Shown here: in pieces, positions 27,885 through 43,595 of the stretch
Position numbering within the stretch: position 1 is the first letter of the stretch
Layout of the letters: every line of letters begins with the position of its first letter
Assembly: GCA_951406725.2 (NCBI GenBank)
Contig: OX597830.1
Coordinates: forward strand, 21,700,001-21,764,000
Direction of reading: 5' to 3'
DNA: 64,000 nucleotides
Source: Octopus vulgaris
Taxonomy: Eukaryota
Translations under genes and position numbers: made by a program
The notes under the pieces: generated by a model
What the model was told of the DNA's origin: nothing
Database searches by the model: none
The model's input: only the letters and a program-made list of their open reading frames with translations

Positions 27885-28058
27885 TGTAAAGCTTGGTCTG
27901 CAATGTTTGCAGTCGTGGTGTACGCTTGTCAAGACCAGGACTCATTAGCCACCAGCGGAGCCACAAATGCAAAATTTTAGTTGGTCCTAGAGCGCATAAT
28001 GTTCCTCCTGAATGTCAGCAATGGTCGTCTTCCTCAGTCACGAGTGGACGGCCATCAT
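27885..28058 (+). mobile_element. RTE/BovB-type LINE 3' tip with C2H2 finger
   Basis: [25 protein letters not shown] followed by a short 3' UTR ending GGACGGCCATCAT. Confidence 0.65.
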
Positions 28059-28718
28059 ATATACGACGGGCTTCTTTCAGTTTCTGAAGTGCTTTGGAAT
28101 GTCTGACTGTCTCAATCTTTATTAGAGGACACTCGCTTAAGGTGTCACGCAGTGGGACTGAACCTGGAACAATGTGATTGGGGAGCAAAAACTTCTCATA
28201 TACTCTTTTACTTGTTTCAGTCATTTGACTGCGGTCATGCTGGAGCACTGTCTCTAGTCGAGCAAATCGACCCCAGGACTTATTCTTTGTAAGCATAGTA
28301 CTAATTCTCTCGGTGTTTTTTACCGAACCGCTAAGTTACGGGGACGTAAACACACCAGCATCGTTTGTCAAGCGATGTTGGGGGGGAAGACGAACACAGA
28401 CACACAAACATATACACGCACATACATATATATACGCATATATACAGCGGGCTTCTTTCAGTTTCCGTCTACCAAATGGTAGACGTGGATTTGGTAGGCG
28501 GAAACTGTGTGTGTGTCTTTGTGTCCGTTTTTGTCCCCCACCACCACTACCATCGCTTGACAACCGACGTCTCCGAAACTTTGCGGTTCGGCAAAAGAGA
28601 CCAATAGAACAAGTACTAGGCATACAAAGAATAAGTCCTCAGGTCGATTTCTTCGTCTAAAGGAGGTGCTCCACCATGGCCGTAATCAAATGACTGAAAT
28701 ATGGAAAAGAGTAAAAGA

Positions 28719-28776
<58 letters not shown>

Positions 28777-28799
28777 ATGTATGTTTATACATACATATA

Positions 28800-28965
28800 T
28801 GCGTAGGAGTGGCAGTGTGGTAAGTAGCTTGCTTACGAACCACATGGTTCCGGGTTCAGTCCTACTGTGTGGCACCTTGGGCAAGTGTCTTCTACTATAG
28901 CTTCGGGCTGACCAAAGCCTTGTGAGTGGATTTGATAGGGGGAAACTGAAAGAAACCCGTCGTAT

Positions 28966-28998
<33 letters not shown>

Positions 28999-29262
28999 AA
29001 TATGTATGTGTGTATGTATGTATGTATGTGTGTATGTGTATATATGTTTGTGTGTCTGTGTTTGTCACTTCAACATCGCTTGACAACCGATGCCGGTGTG
29101 TTTACGTCCCCGTGACTTAGCGGTTCGGCAAAAGAGCCCCGACAGAATAAGTACTAGGCTTACATAGAATAAGTCCTGGGGGGCGATTTGCTCGACTAAA
29201 GTCGGTGCTCCAGCATGGCCACAGTCAAAATGACTGAAACACGTAAAAGAGTAAAGAGAGTA
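28800..29262 (+). mobile_element. SINE S1, full length
   Basis: GCGTAGGAGTGGCAGTGTGGTAAGTAGCTTGC...GGTTCAGTCC...ACCTTGGGCAAGTG, internal microsatellite, then CAGCATGGCC...TGACTGAAAC...AAAAGAGTA. Confidence 0.92.
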
Positions 29263-29711
29263 TACATACATACATACACATACATACATACATATACATG
29301 CCTGCTTACACACACGCAGAGTCATACAAAGGCATACGCACACACGCATGTATAATTAAAATCACACCGACATATAATACACGCGGTGTGTGTATCCATC
29401 CATACATGCATACGTATACACTCACGTACGTGCCCAACAGATTCTAAAACCGATCCATACACAGTGATATAGTGGTCACGAACACACAGACACATTCGAT
29501 ATTTTCTCTTTCTCTCTTTCTCTTTCTCTCATACTCCCTCTCTCTACGAATCTCTTTGTATCTAACTCTCCTTCTCAGTCATCTCTTTCACTCTTTCTCT
29601 ATCTAATCTTTCTCTGATATCTCTTTGCCGACCTACTGCCTTTTCTACACATAGTACTATCTCTCCATATTTCACTCTGGCTCTTCGTGTGGATATCTAT
29701 CTATCTATCTA

Positions 29712-29796
<85 letters not shown>

Positions 29797-30251
29797 AGTA
29801 TTATTACCGTTGTTAATATTAATAATGATAATAATAAGGTGGCTAGCAAGTTTATACCTTTAAAGGTATATATAAACTATATATATATACAGAGAGAGAA
29901 ATAGACGGATAGACGGACAGACAGACAGACCGACAAACATATAGATACATACCTACATACCTACATACATACATACATACATACATACATGCATACATAC
30001 ATACATATGTACACGCATACATACACACATATATGTATGTATATATGTATGTATGTATTATGTATGTATGTATGTATGCATGTATGTATGTATGTATAAA
30101 TAGATAGATAGATATATCTTGTATATAAATGTATATATGCATGTATCTTATATATTTTACACGTATACTAGATATATAGATGTATATAATTATTACATAT
30201 ATATAAATACACGCACACACACACACATACATGCATATAAACATGCTTCAC

Positions 30252-30327
<76 letters not shown>

Positions 30328-30352
30328 CGAGGTAGATATACATATACATATG

Positions 30353-30477
<125 letters not shown>

Positions 30478-31117
30478 TCATCGTTTAATCAGCTGCCTAT
30501 GTTGTCAGTTGTGCCAATATATATCCAGATGTCCGTATAGTCAAGTGAGAGAAAAGTCAACTCTAGGATAAGACTAGCGTCCTATCCTAGGGATTTCTGT
30601 GGGGATGATAGAATTCCCTAACTGCAAGTCAACGGGGTAGGCTGCAGTTTTGAGGAACCGCAACCGAACTTACTAGAAATGACAATGAAATCTCCAATAA
30701 ATTACACCCTACTACTTTAAAAATTGAATTTTATAATGGACATGATTATTGTGAATACATTGTACCTGGTTGTAATCACGTCTTGATATCTTCTGACCAT
30801 CGGTCATCACGTCCAACTCTGACCTACCTCTGAAGAACAACAAATATAAAGCCGTAAAGAACTATGAATTGGGCCATCTGGATCATCTTAGGGTACAGGG
30901 AACAAAGTCAATGTTTCGAACAAGAACGCCCGTCACATGGATGGACGTCGGAGCCAAACCAGAGGCAAATGACGCAAAGATTGGTGTTAGACCCTCTCTC
31001 ATACGTTGAAATCCATGCAGAGAAGGAGTGAGAGAGAGAGAGAAAGAGAGAGATACATATATACTTACATACGCACGCACATACATACATACATACATAC
31101 ATACATAGGCCGGTACC

Positions 31118-31205
<88 letters not shown>

Positions 31206-31259
31206 TAGGCTGGTAGATAAATACATAAAGTATACATATATATGTGTGTATATATATGT

Positions 31260-31321
<62 letters not shown>

Positions 31322-31329
31322 AAGTGTAT

Positions 31330-31374
<45 letters not shown>

Positions 31375-31659
31375 GTATATGTATGTGAGTGTGTGTATAT
31401 ATATATATATACACGGTGTTATAATAAGATGCGTATATGTGTATGTGTGTGTTTGCTGTGTATTTAATTTCTATGTGAAGGTGCGGGTGTTCGAGTGGAT
31501 GGAAACAAAAACAAAGCGAATCCATAAGAACATCAGCAGCAGCAAAAATCACGTGACTGCGTTGCACGTGAGCTACGTAAGCATGAGGTCAAGATCCGCC
31601 AGTTGCGAAGTGAAATACAAATATCCCTTTATAACGTGTGGTGTGTAAGCGCGCGCGCT

Positions 31660-31742
<83 letters not shown>

Positions 31743-32015
31743 GTATTTCTGTTTGTGTGTGCGTAACACCAATTCAACCCTGGTGGCATTAGCTATTGAC
31801 TCCGTCAATTACGCTGTCAAATATGTCAGTTTTGTATTCAAACGTCAAAACAGTCATTTTCAATCTTTCAACGCCCAAAAGCTCTGTAACTGTAGAGTCT
31901 CTTATATCCTCGAATATGTGGCTTCAGTATTCCATTAAAGTCAGTCACTTATGTTGACTATTTTTCAGTTTAAGCTGCGGCTTTGAATCTGCTCGGAGTT
32001 TTGTCCCTTCAGTAT

Positions 32016-32060
32016 TTCCCACCGAAGAAGGCTAAAGAGTCAGAAACGCGCACCAGGGAA
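32016..32060 (+). ncRNA. Degenerate type I HHR in a probable PLE 3' remnant (~31770-32200)
   Basis: TTCCC-A-CCGAAGA-A-GGCT-AAAG-AGTC-A-GAAA-CGCG-CA-CCA-GGGAA; core positions U4 and U16 are mutated. Confidence 0.5.
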
Positions 32061-32223
32061 TTAGCTACAGGGACGCACCCGAGCAGACAGGGTGTTTTCA
32101 CACATTTTTACCGTAATAGAGCATTTTATTTTTCTTCACGGTAACTGCAGTGAATTTGCCTTTAGAAGTTAAAATATGTCAGAAACATATTTTAACTAAC
32201 CTAAAGTTCATACACATGATCTG

Positions 32224-32257
<34 letters not shown>

Positions 32258-32279
32258 TGTATGTATGTATGTATGTATG

Positions 32280-32313
<34 letters not shown>

Positions 32314-32789
32314 TATGTCGGAGTCGGAGTTGGAGACCCCCTTCGGCCACGAATGATCATGAGATTGCACCTAGAAAGTTATTCTCTAAGGCACAAGTCC
32401 GGGCAAGGTTGTTTACGAAAGACTAGCAGGCGCCCATGCATACCACGCCAAGGATGTTATCCAAGGGAAAGGCAAAAGGGCCGATACAGCTTGGCACCGG
32501 TGACGTCACAACTCATTTCTACAGGTGAGTGAACTGGAGTAACGTGAAATAAAGTGTCTTGCTCAAGAACACAACACGCAGCCCGGTCCGGGATTCGAAC
32601 TCACAACCTCACGGTCGTAAGATCGGTGCTCTAGCCACTGAGCTATGCATATATATGTAGTCATGTATATACACACACACACATATATATACATATATAA
32701 ACACTTAAATATACACATATTTATATACACACATATATGTGTGTATACATGTATATACATGTACATGTATGTATATATATATATACACC

Positions 32790-32825
<36 letters not shown>

Positions 32826-32853
32826 CATATATACATATATATACACACATATA

Positions 32854-32896
<43 letters not shown>

Positions 32897-32902
<6 letters not shown>

Positions 32903-33370
32903 TGAGTAAAAAGTATGCAACGTTTTTAACCATGAAGAATTTGCACCGAATTTTTGCAGTTTTTAATCTTTTTAAAACATTTTTTTAAATGTCTGATAAT
33001 ACAGACATAGACTTGTCCAAATGCATCAATAAAATAACATTGATATTTTTTTCACCGTTGTTACAATCATCTGAAATGGAACTGTCAAACCGCGATATTC
33101 GAGCAGTTTTGCTATTCATCTTCGAAAGAGGACGTAAAGCAGCTGAAACCGCATCCGACGTCAACGAAACGTTTGGTAAGGAAATGACCAGTGAGCGGTC
33201 AGCTCGGAAATGGTTGAAACGATTTCGCTCTGGGGACCTGAGCCTTGAAGATCGTGAGCTTAGTGGACGCCCATCTATCAACGATGACGGTCAATTAAAG
33301 ACCGTTATTGAGAAAGATCCACGTAAAACTAGTCGAAAATTGGAAAAAGAACATCAAGTTAGCCAATGTT
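32897..33370 (+). mobile_element. Mariner element 5' fragment: TIR plus transposase HTH (Mos1/SETMAR-like)
   Basis: TAAGGTTGAGTAAAAAGTATGCAACGTTTT terminus at a (TA)n tract. ATG 33076: MELSNRDIRAVLLFIFERGRKAAETASDVNETFG..SERSARKWLKRFRSGDLSLEDRELSGRP..IEKDPRKTSRKL; the catalytic domain is absent. Confidence 0.92.
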
Positions 33371-33513
33371 TGGACCAAAAGTTTCTCGCCACATCTAAGT
33401 GGCCGTCCCCTGTTACTACTAGTTTAACCCCAGGCAGATCTCCCGCCAGTTGGTTATCGGTGAACCTGCACCCTGTACATATACACATATGTGTGTATGT
33501 GTGTGTATATATG

Positions 33514-33584
<71 letters not shown>

Positions 33585-33625
33585 CTATGTATATATATAT
33601 ATATATATATGGGTGTGTGTGTGTG

Positions 33626-33686
<61 letters not shown>

Positions 33687-33699
33687 GTGTGTGTGTGTA

Positions 33700-33900
33700 T
33701 AGTTCAAATATAAAGTAAATAGAACACGAATAAATGTGAAGGAACAACAAGCAGGTGTATTAATTTAGCGCTGATTAATGGAACAGTCTTTGACGTTTCG
33801 AGGCTACACCCTTCGACAGAAGGGACTGAGAGGGGGAAAACGGAGAACGAAATAAAACGGAGTGAGAAAAAAGTGTGTGTAGGTATTAACGTTCAACATA
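33700..33900 (-). mobile_element. Short HHR-bearing element, family B (diverged)
   Basis: Minus strand reads CCTT-CTGTCGA-A-GGGTGTAGCCTC-GAAA-CG-TC-AAAG (33788-33823). Confidence 0.6.
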
Positions 33901-33915
33901 ATGAAACATATATAT

Positions 33916-34554
<639 letters not shown>

Positions 34555-34561
34555 TATATAT

Positions 34562-34630
<69 letters not shown>

Positions 34631-35119
34631 TTATATTTTGTGAGATTTGATTTAGTATTTGTAAATTGAATTTTTTCCTGTAAGTTTGGAATAATATTCC
34701 CTAATATTATATATATATATATATATATATAGTGTAACTAGTGCTGACATATAGATGTTCGACTGCTACTGTCAAATTTATGCCATTCAGTTTATTTCAA
34801 GATTTCTTGCCAATAGAGAAAGAACCGGTTTCTAACCTAGATCTAAAGCTCCTTCATTGGAATTCCAACATCAACAACAGGGTATGTATGCATGTATATA
34901 TGTATGAATGAATGAATGAATGAATGAATGAATGAATGAATGAATGAACGAATGAATGCATGTATGCATGTATACAAAGAGACACTGAGTGCGCATGTCA
35001 ATGTAGAAGAATGTCACTCCATTGTTTTCAATGTCACTTGTAGTTGTTTCTCTTTGTTTGTTGTGGTTCTTGATGACGACGACGACGACGATGACAACGA
35101 TGATGACGATGATGATGAC

Positions 35120-35150
<31 letters not shown>

Positions 35151-35689
35151 TTGCTGTTGAAACTTGCTGTTCTTATTGTTTTACGTTCTTTTTCTTTTTT
35201 TAGTTGCTGCTTTATTCCCCTGGCTCCTATTCTTTCCTGCTGCTGTTGCTATTGCTATTGTTGTTGCTCAACGTTGCTTTTATTGTCATTGTTGTTATTG
35301 TCGTCGCCGTCGTCATTGTTTTTGTTGTTGTTGTTCTGAGCACGTCCACCATTTTCACCACTTTTTCCACCGTATTAATCTGGTCGCCACTAAATTACAC
35401 AGTTGCCTGGTGAGCACCAGGCCTTTAACACTGAATTATAACATACATCGCAGGTCCGCACGCCGCTCAGGCACACTCACCGTCTTAACCGTGTGGCCAC
35501 CGAACTCACGTGCTCTCTACTCCCACCCTTCTCTCCCTACTCCTCTCCCTCCTTCTCCTTACAAATTCACACTAATATACTGAGGGACTATTCAACATGC
35601 ACGCGTACGTTTGTATGTCTGTGGTGTGTGTGTGGGTATATGGGCTGTTGCGTATGGAGAGGATATATATATATATACATAGACATGTG

Positions 35690-36390
35690 TATATGTATGT
35701 ATGCATGTATGAACGTATGTATGAATGCACGTACGTATGTGTGTATGCAGGTATGTATGTGTGTATGTATGCATGTATGTATGCATGTATGTATGCATGT
35801 ATGTATGCATGTATGTATGTATGCATGTATGTATATATGTATGTAGGCTTATATGTATGCATGTATGTATGTACGTATATACGTACGTACGCATGTATGT
35901 ATGTATGTGCATATATGTATGTAGGCATGTATGTATGTATGCGTGTATATATGCATGTATGTACGTATGTATGCAGGTATGCATGTGTGTATGTATGCAT
36001 GTATGTATGTATGTACGTACGCACGTATGTACGTATGTATGCATACATGCATGTATGTATATATATGTATGTAAGCATGTATATATGTATGCATGTATGT
36101 ATGTAACTATGTATGTACGTATGTATGCATGTATGTATGTACGTGTGCATGTATGTGTGTACGTATGTATATAAGTATGCATGTATGCATGCATGTATGC
36201 ATAGGTGAGTTTGCAGAAGGCTGAAGGTGATCTCTGACTGTGAGCTTGCGTGAATATACACCGTTAGAGAAGTAGCAAAGACGTGGGGACATGTGTACGG
36301 CTAGTATATTTCGGCCATTATCTCACTCCTTCCTTCTTTCCTCTCTCTCTCTCTATGTGTGTGTCTATATGTGTGTGTGCATGTGTGTTA

Positions 36391-36441
<51 letters not shown>

Positions 36442-36945
36442 TACACACAAATACATACATGCACAAATACCTGTCTATATTTAAGTATATATGCCTCTTC
36501 CTCTGTGTGCATACATGTATTCATGTGTGCGTTTGTGTGTGTAAGTATGTATGCATAGATACATACATACATACATACATACACATATGCATACATGCAT
36601 ACAAACACACACATACATGCATGCATACAAACACACACATATAAACATACATATACATATACACATTCATGCAACACATACACACTTACATACATACATA
36701 CATGCATACATGCATACATACATACATACACACATACATACATACACACATACATACACTCATACATACATACATACATGCATACATACATACATACGTA
36801 CGTACGTACATACATACATACAATACATACATACATACATACATACATACATGCATACATACATACATACATACATACATACATACATACATACATACAT
36901 ACATACATACATACATACATACACACACACATACATACACACAGC
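35690..36945. repeat. Representative compound tetranucleotide microsatellite blocks, (TATG)n then (CATA)n; similar di-, tri- and tetranucleotide tracts fill much of the window
   Basis: Directly visible; these tracts explain the low-complexity ORFs in the track. Confidence 0.95.
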
Positions 36946-38448
36946 TATTATCACTCTAGCTGTATCTTATTTAACTGCTTCCAGCCGACATTATGTAGAT
37001 CACCTCACCCACATACAACTGGGTTATTCCGTGTGGATAGATACACAAACATACAACCAAACAAACAAACACACACACACATACACACACACACACACAC
37101 TCACACACACACACACACACATGAATACATACATAAACCAATGTAAATATAACTTAAGGCACCGAGCCGACCGTTTCATGCATGGTTGGGTCCGAGTTTG
37201 CCACTCCAGTGACGATGGTTCCTTAAATACAAGAGACACTTCTGTCACACAACAGCTCATTCACTAAACACCCTCTCTCTCACCTCCTTCTCTCTCTACC
37301 TATCTACCTATCTATCTATTTACCTTCCCCCCCCTCTCTTCCTTAATCCATCCATATATCTTTCTCTTATATATCTTTTGTTAAAGCTCAAACCGCTGAC
37401 ACACGTTCTATTTTCGTTGTCGCCGTTGTTGTTCTTGTGCGGCCATTGCAGTATTTGTTATTCTGGTTTTGTTTTTGTTTGTATTGTTGTTGCTTTTGTT
37501 CCTATTCCTCTTCCTCTTCCTCTCCTATTTCTCTCTATTTCCTCTTCTTTTTCTTCCTTTTCCTCTTTCCTCCGGCCATTTGTATTGTCGTGTTCTTGTT
37601 ATTTTTGTTATCGTAGTTGTTGGTGTTGTCTCTTCTTCTTCTTCTTCTTCATCTACTACTACTACTACTACTTCATCATCATCATCGTTATCATCATCAT
37701 CATCATCGTCGTCATCATCATCGTTATCATCATCATCATCATCTTCCTTTTCTTCTTCTTTTCCCTCTTTCTCATCATTTTCTCTTTCTTCCGACCATTA
37801 AGTTTGTTGTTATTGTTGATTGTTGTTGCTGTTCTTCTTTTCTTCTTCTTCTCCTCCTCTTTCTTTCTTTCTTCTTCTTCTTCTTCTTCTTCTTCTTCTT
37901 CTTCTTCTTCTTCTTCTTCTTCTTCTCCTTCTTTCTTTCTTTCTTTTTCTCCCTCTTTCTCTCGGCCATTATCATTGTTGATCTTGCTGTTATTGTTGTT
38001 AATACAGTCGCCATTGTTCTGTCGTGCAATTGTAGCTGCTGCTGAAGATCAACCTCGATCAACAAGGCCTACAATAAAAGTCTTTCCGGCCGTGGCCATC
38101 TACTCTTTTTAACCCCAGGTCGACCATGACCAAGTATTCCTATCACAAAAGACTTTCAACTCATAACCATCTCGACTTTCTTGACAAACGTGTCCATTTT
38201 CAGGATGTTAGGTTTGAGTTGGTGTGATTTGAGAGATATTTGTCTGTTATTTTTAGCACGTCAAAGTGTTGTGATAGTTGTTCTTGTTTGTCATAGGAAT
38301 TATTATATTTGCAGTTGTCGTTAGCTTTAGGATAGTCCTGATCGGGCAGATCTATAATCAAAGGCGCTCCAGCCATGACCAGATCGCTTTCTATTCACAT
38401 ACAGACATGCGTACATATATACTTATATGCATACATGCATACATACGC

Positions 38449-38835
38449 CATCATAGAGGTCAGCTGTCCTGCTGTTGTGAAGACCTCTTTGAAAATCAAA
38501 GAGTTAGAGGATAACTATGGACAGCTGTTTCAAAACATCCCAGCTTCTAAATCCAGATTATAAATTCACGTTTATACCAATAATAATTTGGTGCAGTGTG
38601 CTTCGTGAGTAAAAGCCAAAGTGGCAATCTAGATAAGATAGAATTTTCAGAAAAAGAAATCAACCAGCTATCTTGCATATTACAAATACAACCTGTAAGT
38701 GGAACAGTAAAAATATGCAAGATTTTCCTCAAGTTTAAAGTGTGGCTTTGTTTTTGTTATCTACATTCCAAAGACGGAGTTTTGTACCTTTGTTAGAAAC
38801 CAGCTCCTTCTTCGGAGGAAGAATTCGGATAACTA
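38449..38835 (+). mobile_element. Restriction-like-endonuclease LINE (R4/NeSL-like) 3' fragment
   Basis: Frameshifted translation IIEVSCPAVVKTSLKIKELEDNYGQLFQNI.LLNPDYKFTFIPII..GAVCFVSK..LQIQPVSGTVKICKIFLKF. Confidence 0.75.
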
Positions 38836-39469
38836 AAGCATACGAGAATACGTATACATGCATGCATACTTAAATATACGCATACATATATAGGTAGGCA
38901 GGTATATACATACACAGATGCTTACATACATGCACACATACACATGTATACAAACATGAATGCTTGCATACATAGATGCAGGCATGCATACATACATACA
39001 TATATAACTAAGTTGCACTCCGTCGGTTGCGACGACAAGGGCTCCCGTTGATCCGATCCGATCAAGGAAACACCCTGCTCGGGAAATTAACAAGCAAGTG
39101 GCCGAGTATTCCACAGACATGTGGAGTACTCTCAACGTGGTTCTCAAGAAAATTCATCGTGACACAGAAGGTGGCATGGCTGGCCCTTTGAAATACTGGT
39201 ACTGTTCAGTTTTGCTAACGGAGTGGATTGGAGCAATGTGAAATGAAATGTCTTGGTCAAAGACACAATGCGCTGCCGGGAATCGAACTCATGCTCTTAT
39301 GATTGTGAACCGAATATTCTGGCCACTACATAAATACATACATACATACATACATACATCCATCCATACATACATACATACATACATACATACATACATA
39401 CATACATACATACATACATACATACATACATACATACATACATACATGGTAGATCTTAAAAACTAAAAC

Positions 39470-39830
39470 AGTCACGAAGTTAAAAATCACAACCGGTCAG
39501 ATATTGTGTGTGACCACAAGAAAAAGATATGCTCTGTTGTGGAAATTAGTTGCCCTCTTCAACACCAATATGGTCAGAAAAATACAGGGGAAAGAGGACA
39601 TATATTGACCATTGATAAGGAGTTTGCAAATCCAGTACGCAAGATACTCTTCAGTTTCATAACTATTATTATCGGAGCAACAGGATTTGGACCAACAGGC
39701 ATAGATCAATGTACGGCTGAACTTGGGTCCTCGGGGAGAACAACACAACTCCTTAATTCATACGCTACGGGCGATCACGATATCTGGGCCAATAAAAAAA
39801 ATCTGCAAAATTTCCTTAGGATCTGAATGA
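39470..39830 (+). mobile_element. Second restriction-like-endonuclease LINE 3' fragment
   Basis: KNHNRSDIVCDHKKKICSVVEISCPL..KIQGKEDIY*PLIRSLQIQY..FSFITIIIGATG, matching the HNRPD..E..K..Y pattern of these endonucleases. Confidence 0.75.
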
Positions 39831-40842
39831 GTTCACGTAGCTGCGTGGTCAGTAGCTTGCTTACCAGCCAAATGGTTCCGGGTTCAGTCCCAGTGCATGG
39901 CATCTTGGGCAAGTGTCTTCTACTATAGCCTCGGGCCAATCAAAGCCTAGACGTTTGTCCTTCACAACCTTACTATCAAGCCGGTCACAATTAACTCGAA
40001 ATAAAATAAAAAAGAAAACATGCATTTTTTTTTGTTTTAGTTTAACTTGTTTCAATCGTTTGTCTGTGGCCATGCTGGGGCACCGCCTTGAAGTGTTCTT
40101 GTCGAACAAATCAACCCCAAGACATTTTTTAAAGCCTACTACTTATTCTATCGATTTCTTTTATCGAACCGTTAAATTACGAGGGCATAAACATGTCAAC
40201 ACCGGCTGTCAGGCGGTGCCGGGACGCACACACACATACACACACACACACACACATACAGATATATACTTACATGCATTCATACACATGTAAATATCGA
40301 ACAATGAGAATGAGTGCTCAACGCTGCAATAGTGGATAAAAGGTCTTTGTGTATTGGTTTCAGGATCAGAAAATATCTCAACAATTCTTCATTCCGATCA
40401 CTTAGAAAAATTGGTGTTCCTCTCCATTTTGAATTAAAACTCCATGTGTAGGGCTGAAACATGTAAAAGAATATATATACAACAGGCTTCTTTCAGTTTC
40501 CGTCTACCAAATCCACTCAGAAGGGTTTGATTGGCCCGAGGCTATAGTAGAAGACACTTGCCCAGAGGTGCCATGCACTGGGACTGAACCTGGATCCATG
40601 TGGTTGGTAAGCAAGCTACTTACCACACAGCTACATGAACTCATTCTACATTTTGTAAAAGTGTAGGATATTATTTGAGGAAGGTTTGGCTGTTATTTCT
40701 CACTCGTCGAACAATCACTTACCTAAGAGGCTCTGCCTTGGAATTGAGCCAAAGGAGAGACTTTCAGCTCGTACATTTGTTTTTGTATTTTATTACTTCT
40801 CTATATATTTATTACTGTTATTCAAGATTTTACTTATATAAT

Positions 40843-40931
<89 letters not shown>

Positions 40932-41495
40932 TTTCTTGTTCGTGTTATGTTCCATATTTTTTTTGCAGAAGTTTTTCTTTTTCGTCTACTTTTTATTTTA
41001 TTTTATTTTATTTATTTTATTTTTATTTATTATTTTCGGTGTTATTTTCCCATTCTGTTTATATTTGCCTTGTATTTACACTTACAACCTTTTCTCCTTT
41101 TCCATTTCTTTTTTTTTTTTTTTTGCTATTCAGTTATTTTTTCTTTCATTTTTTCTGTATTATTTTGTTGTTGTTGTTGTTGTTGTTGTTGTAAGCATAT
41201 ATTCTTTCTCTCATTAAACATATCCAACCACTAACCTAACATACACATATTCGCACATATGCATACATGCACGTATACGAAACTATCTATAAGTTACATA
41301 TATACAGACACAAACACATATATACATATATATAATATATACGTATCTATCTATATGATGCATATATACAGATACACACATATATAAATATATAAATATA
41401 TATATATATATACATAAATGATATATATGCATATAGTTAAATAATATATATGTATATATATATATATATATATACATATATATTATTTATTTATA

Positions 41496-41535
<40 letters not shown>

Positions 41536-41738
41536 TATATACATACATGTATATATACATGTATATATATACATACATATATATTATATATACACATATG
41601 TAGATATATATATGTATATATATATATACATGTATATATCTACATATATATAATATATATGTATATATACATGTATGTGTATATATACATATATATATAT
41701 ATATATGTATATATTTATATAATATATATATATATGTG

Positions 41739-41769
<31 letters not shown>

Positions 41770-41835
41770 TTACACACACATATGTGTTTGTGCGTGTGTG
41801 TATTTATGCATGTATGTACGTATGTGTATGGACGG

Positions 41836-41921
<86 letters not shown>

Positions 41922-41942
41922 ACATAAGCACACTCGTATACG

Positions 41943-41991
<49 letters not shown>

Positions 41992-42449
41992 TCTTTATCT
42001 ATTGTTACCTTTATCGTTGTCCGACTGACCATAGCTGCCTGAACCTTGCTGCTGTAAAGACTGAACTTACCTCCACTTTCTGGAGATTGATTATACGCCC
42101 TGTTAACCAACTTATGAACAGCCGCTTTAATGGTAGATGGACGACGCCCCGTAACGCACGCACGCTCGTGCAAGTGTTTCCCTTATTGCCGCCATGACCG
42201 CCATCCGCGCCAACACCACCGACAGTACCATGACCCCCCTCCCACCCCGGCACCATCACCTCCACCCCTTCCTGGCTCGCTCTCGTGCTCCTAGAGTACT
42301 GTATAATTTTAGACACGTGCTGACTACATTTCCTCTGATCATTTATGGACCTCAATGCATGCGTGCGTCTATCTATCTATCTGTCTATCTATCTATCTAT
42401 CTGCCTGTCTGTCTATCTACCTGTCTGTCTATCTATCTATCTATCTATA

Positions 42450-42482
<33 letters not shown>

Positions 42483-42612
42483 GCCTGTCTGTCTATCTGT
42501 CTGTCTGTCTATATATCTATCTCTGTGTGTGTGTGTGTATGTATGTATATATGTATGCATGTATATGTATACACACACACACATAAATGCATATATATAT
42601 ACAAGTATGTTT

Positions 42613-42666
<54 letters not shown>

Positions 42667-42720
42667 CATATATATATACACACACAAAACACACCTATAT
42701 ACATGTGTACTCTCTCTGAA

Positions 42721-42821
<101 letters not shown>

Positions 42822-42860
42822 TATGTGTGTGTATGCATGTATGTATATATGTCTATATAC

Positions 42861-42920
<60 letters not shown>

Positions 42921-42943
42921 ATATATATATATGTATGTATGTG

Positions 42944-42982
<39 letters not shown>

Positions 42983-43347
42983 TATTCGTTTCTACCTATC
43001 TGTCTATCTATCAGTATATCCCTTACACGTGTATCTTCTTTCTATCTGCCCATTTAGCTGTCGATAGAGCTACATAATTGCCGATCTCCGTCACGTTACC
43101 TTCCTTATCTAATTTCTTTATCTAAACTAATATTTCTATCAATATAATTGTTCTGACATTTATCTTTATCCTTATCTAATTAACCCATTCGTGCTAAAAT
43201 GCATTTTAGGCGCCGGTATGACGGTGTGGTCAAGGAACTCGTTTTGCAACGACGTGGATTCGGGTTCAGTTCCGGCGTTCGACACTTTGTGTAAGTGCCA
43301 TCTGCTGGGCCGATTAATAGTGGTTTTATCTCTAATTCAGTGTGTGA

Positions 43348-43388
<41 letters not shown>

Positions 43389-43389
<1 letters not shown>

Positions 43390-43595
43390 AATGTGACCGC
43401 GTGTGTACCGTTGGCGTTTTTTTTTCCTCCGTCTTCCCTTCTCTGGATCTTTCCTTTTCCTATGTTTCTGACCAAGAGCTCCGCTCGAAACGTTAATCCC
43501 TCCTTCTTCCCTTCCTTCCTGAGCGTCCAATAATACTATATTTGTTCCACGTCCTCGCGTTGTTGTGTTTTCTCTTTGTGTTTTCATGTTTGGAT

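Noticed and set aside
32989-33702. 237-aa ORF as a SETMAR-like host gene
   Set aside because: Only ~97 aa are mariner HTH; it is preceded by a TIR and runs into unrelated sequence and microsatellite. No SET or DDD domain.
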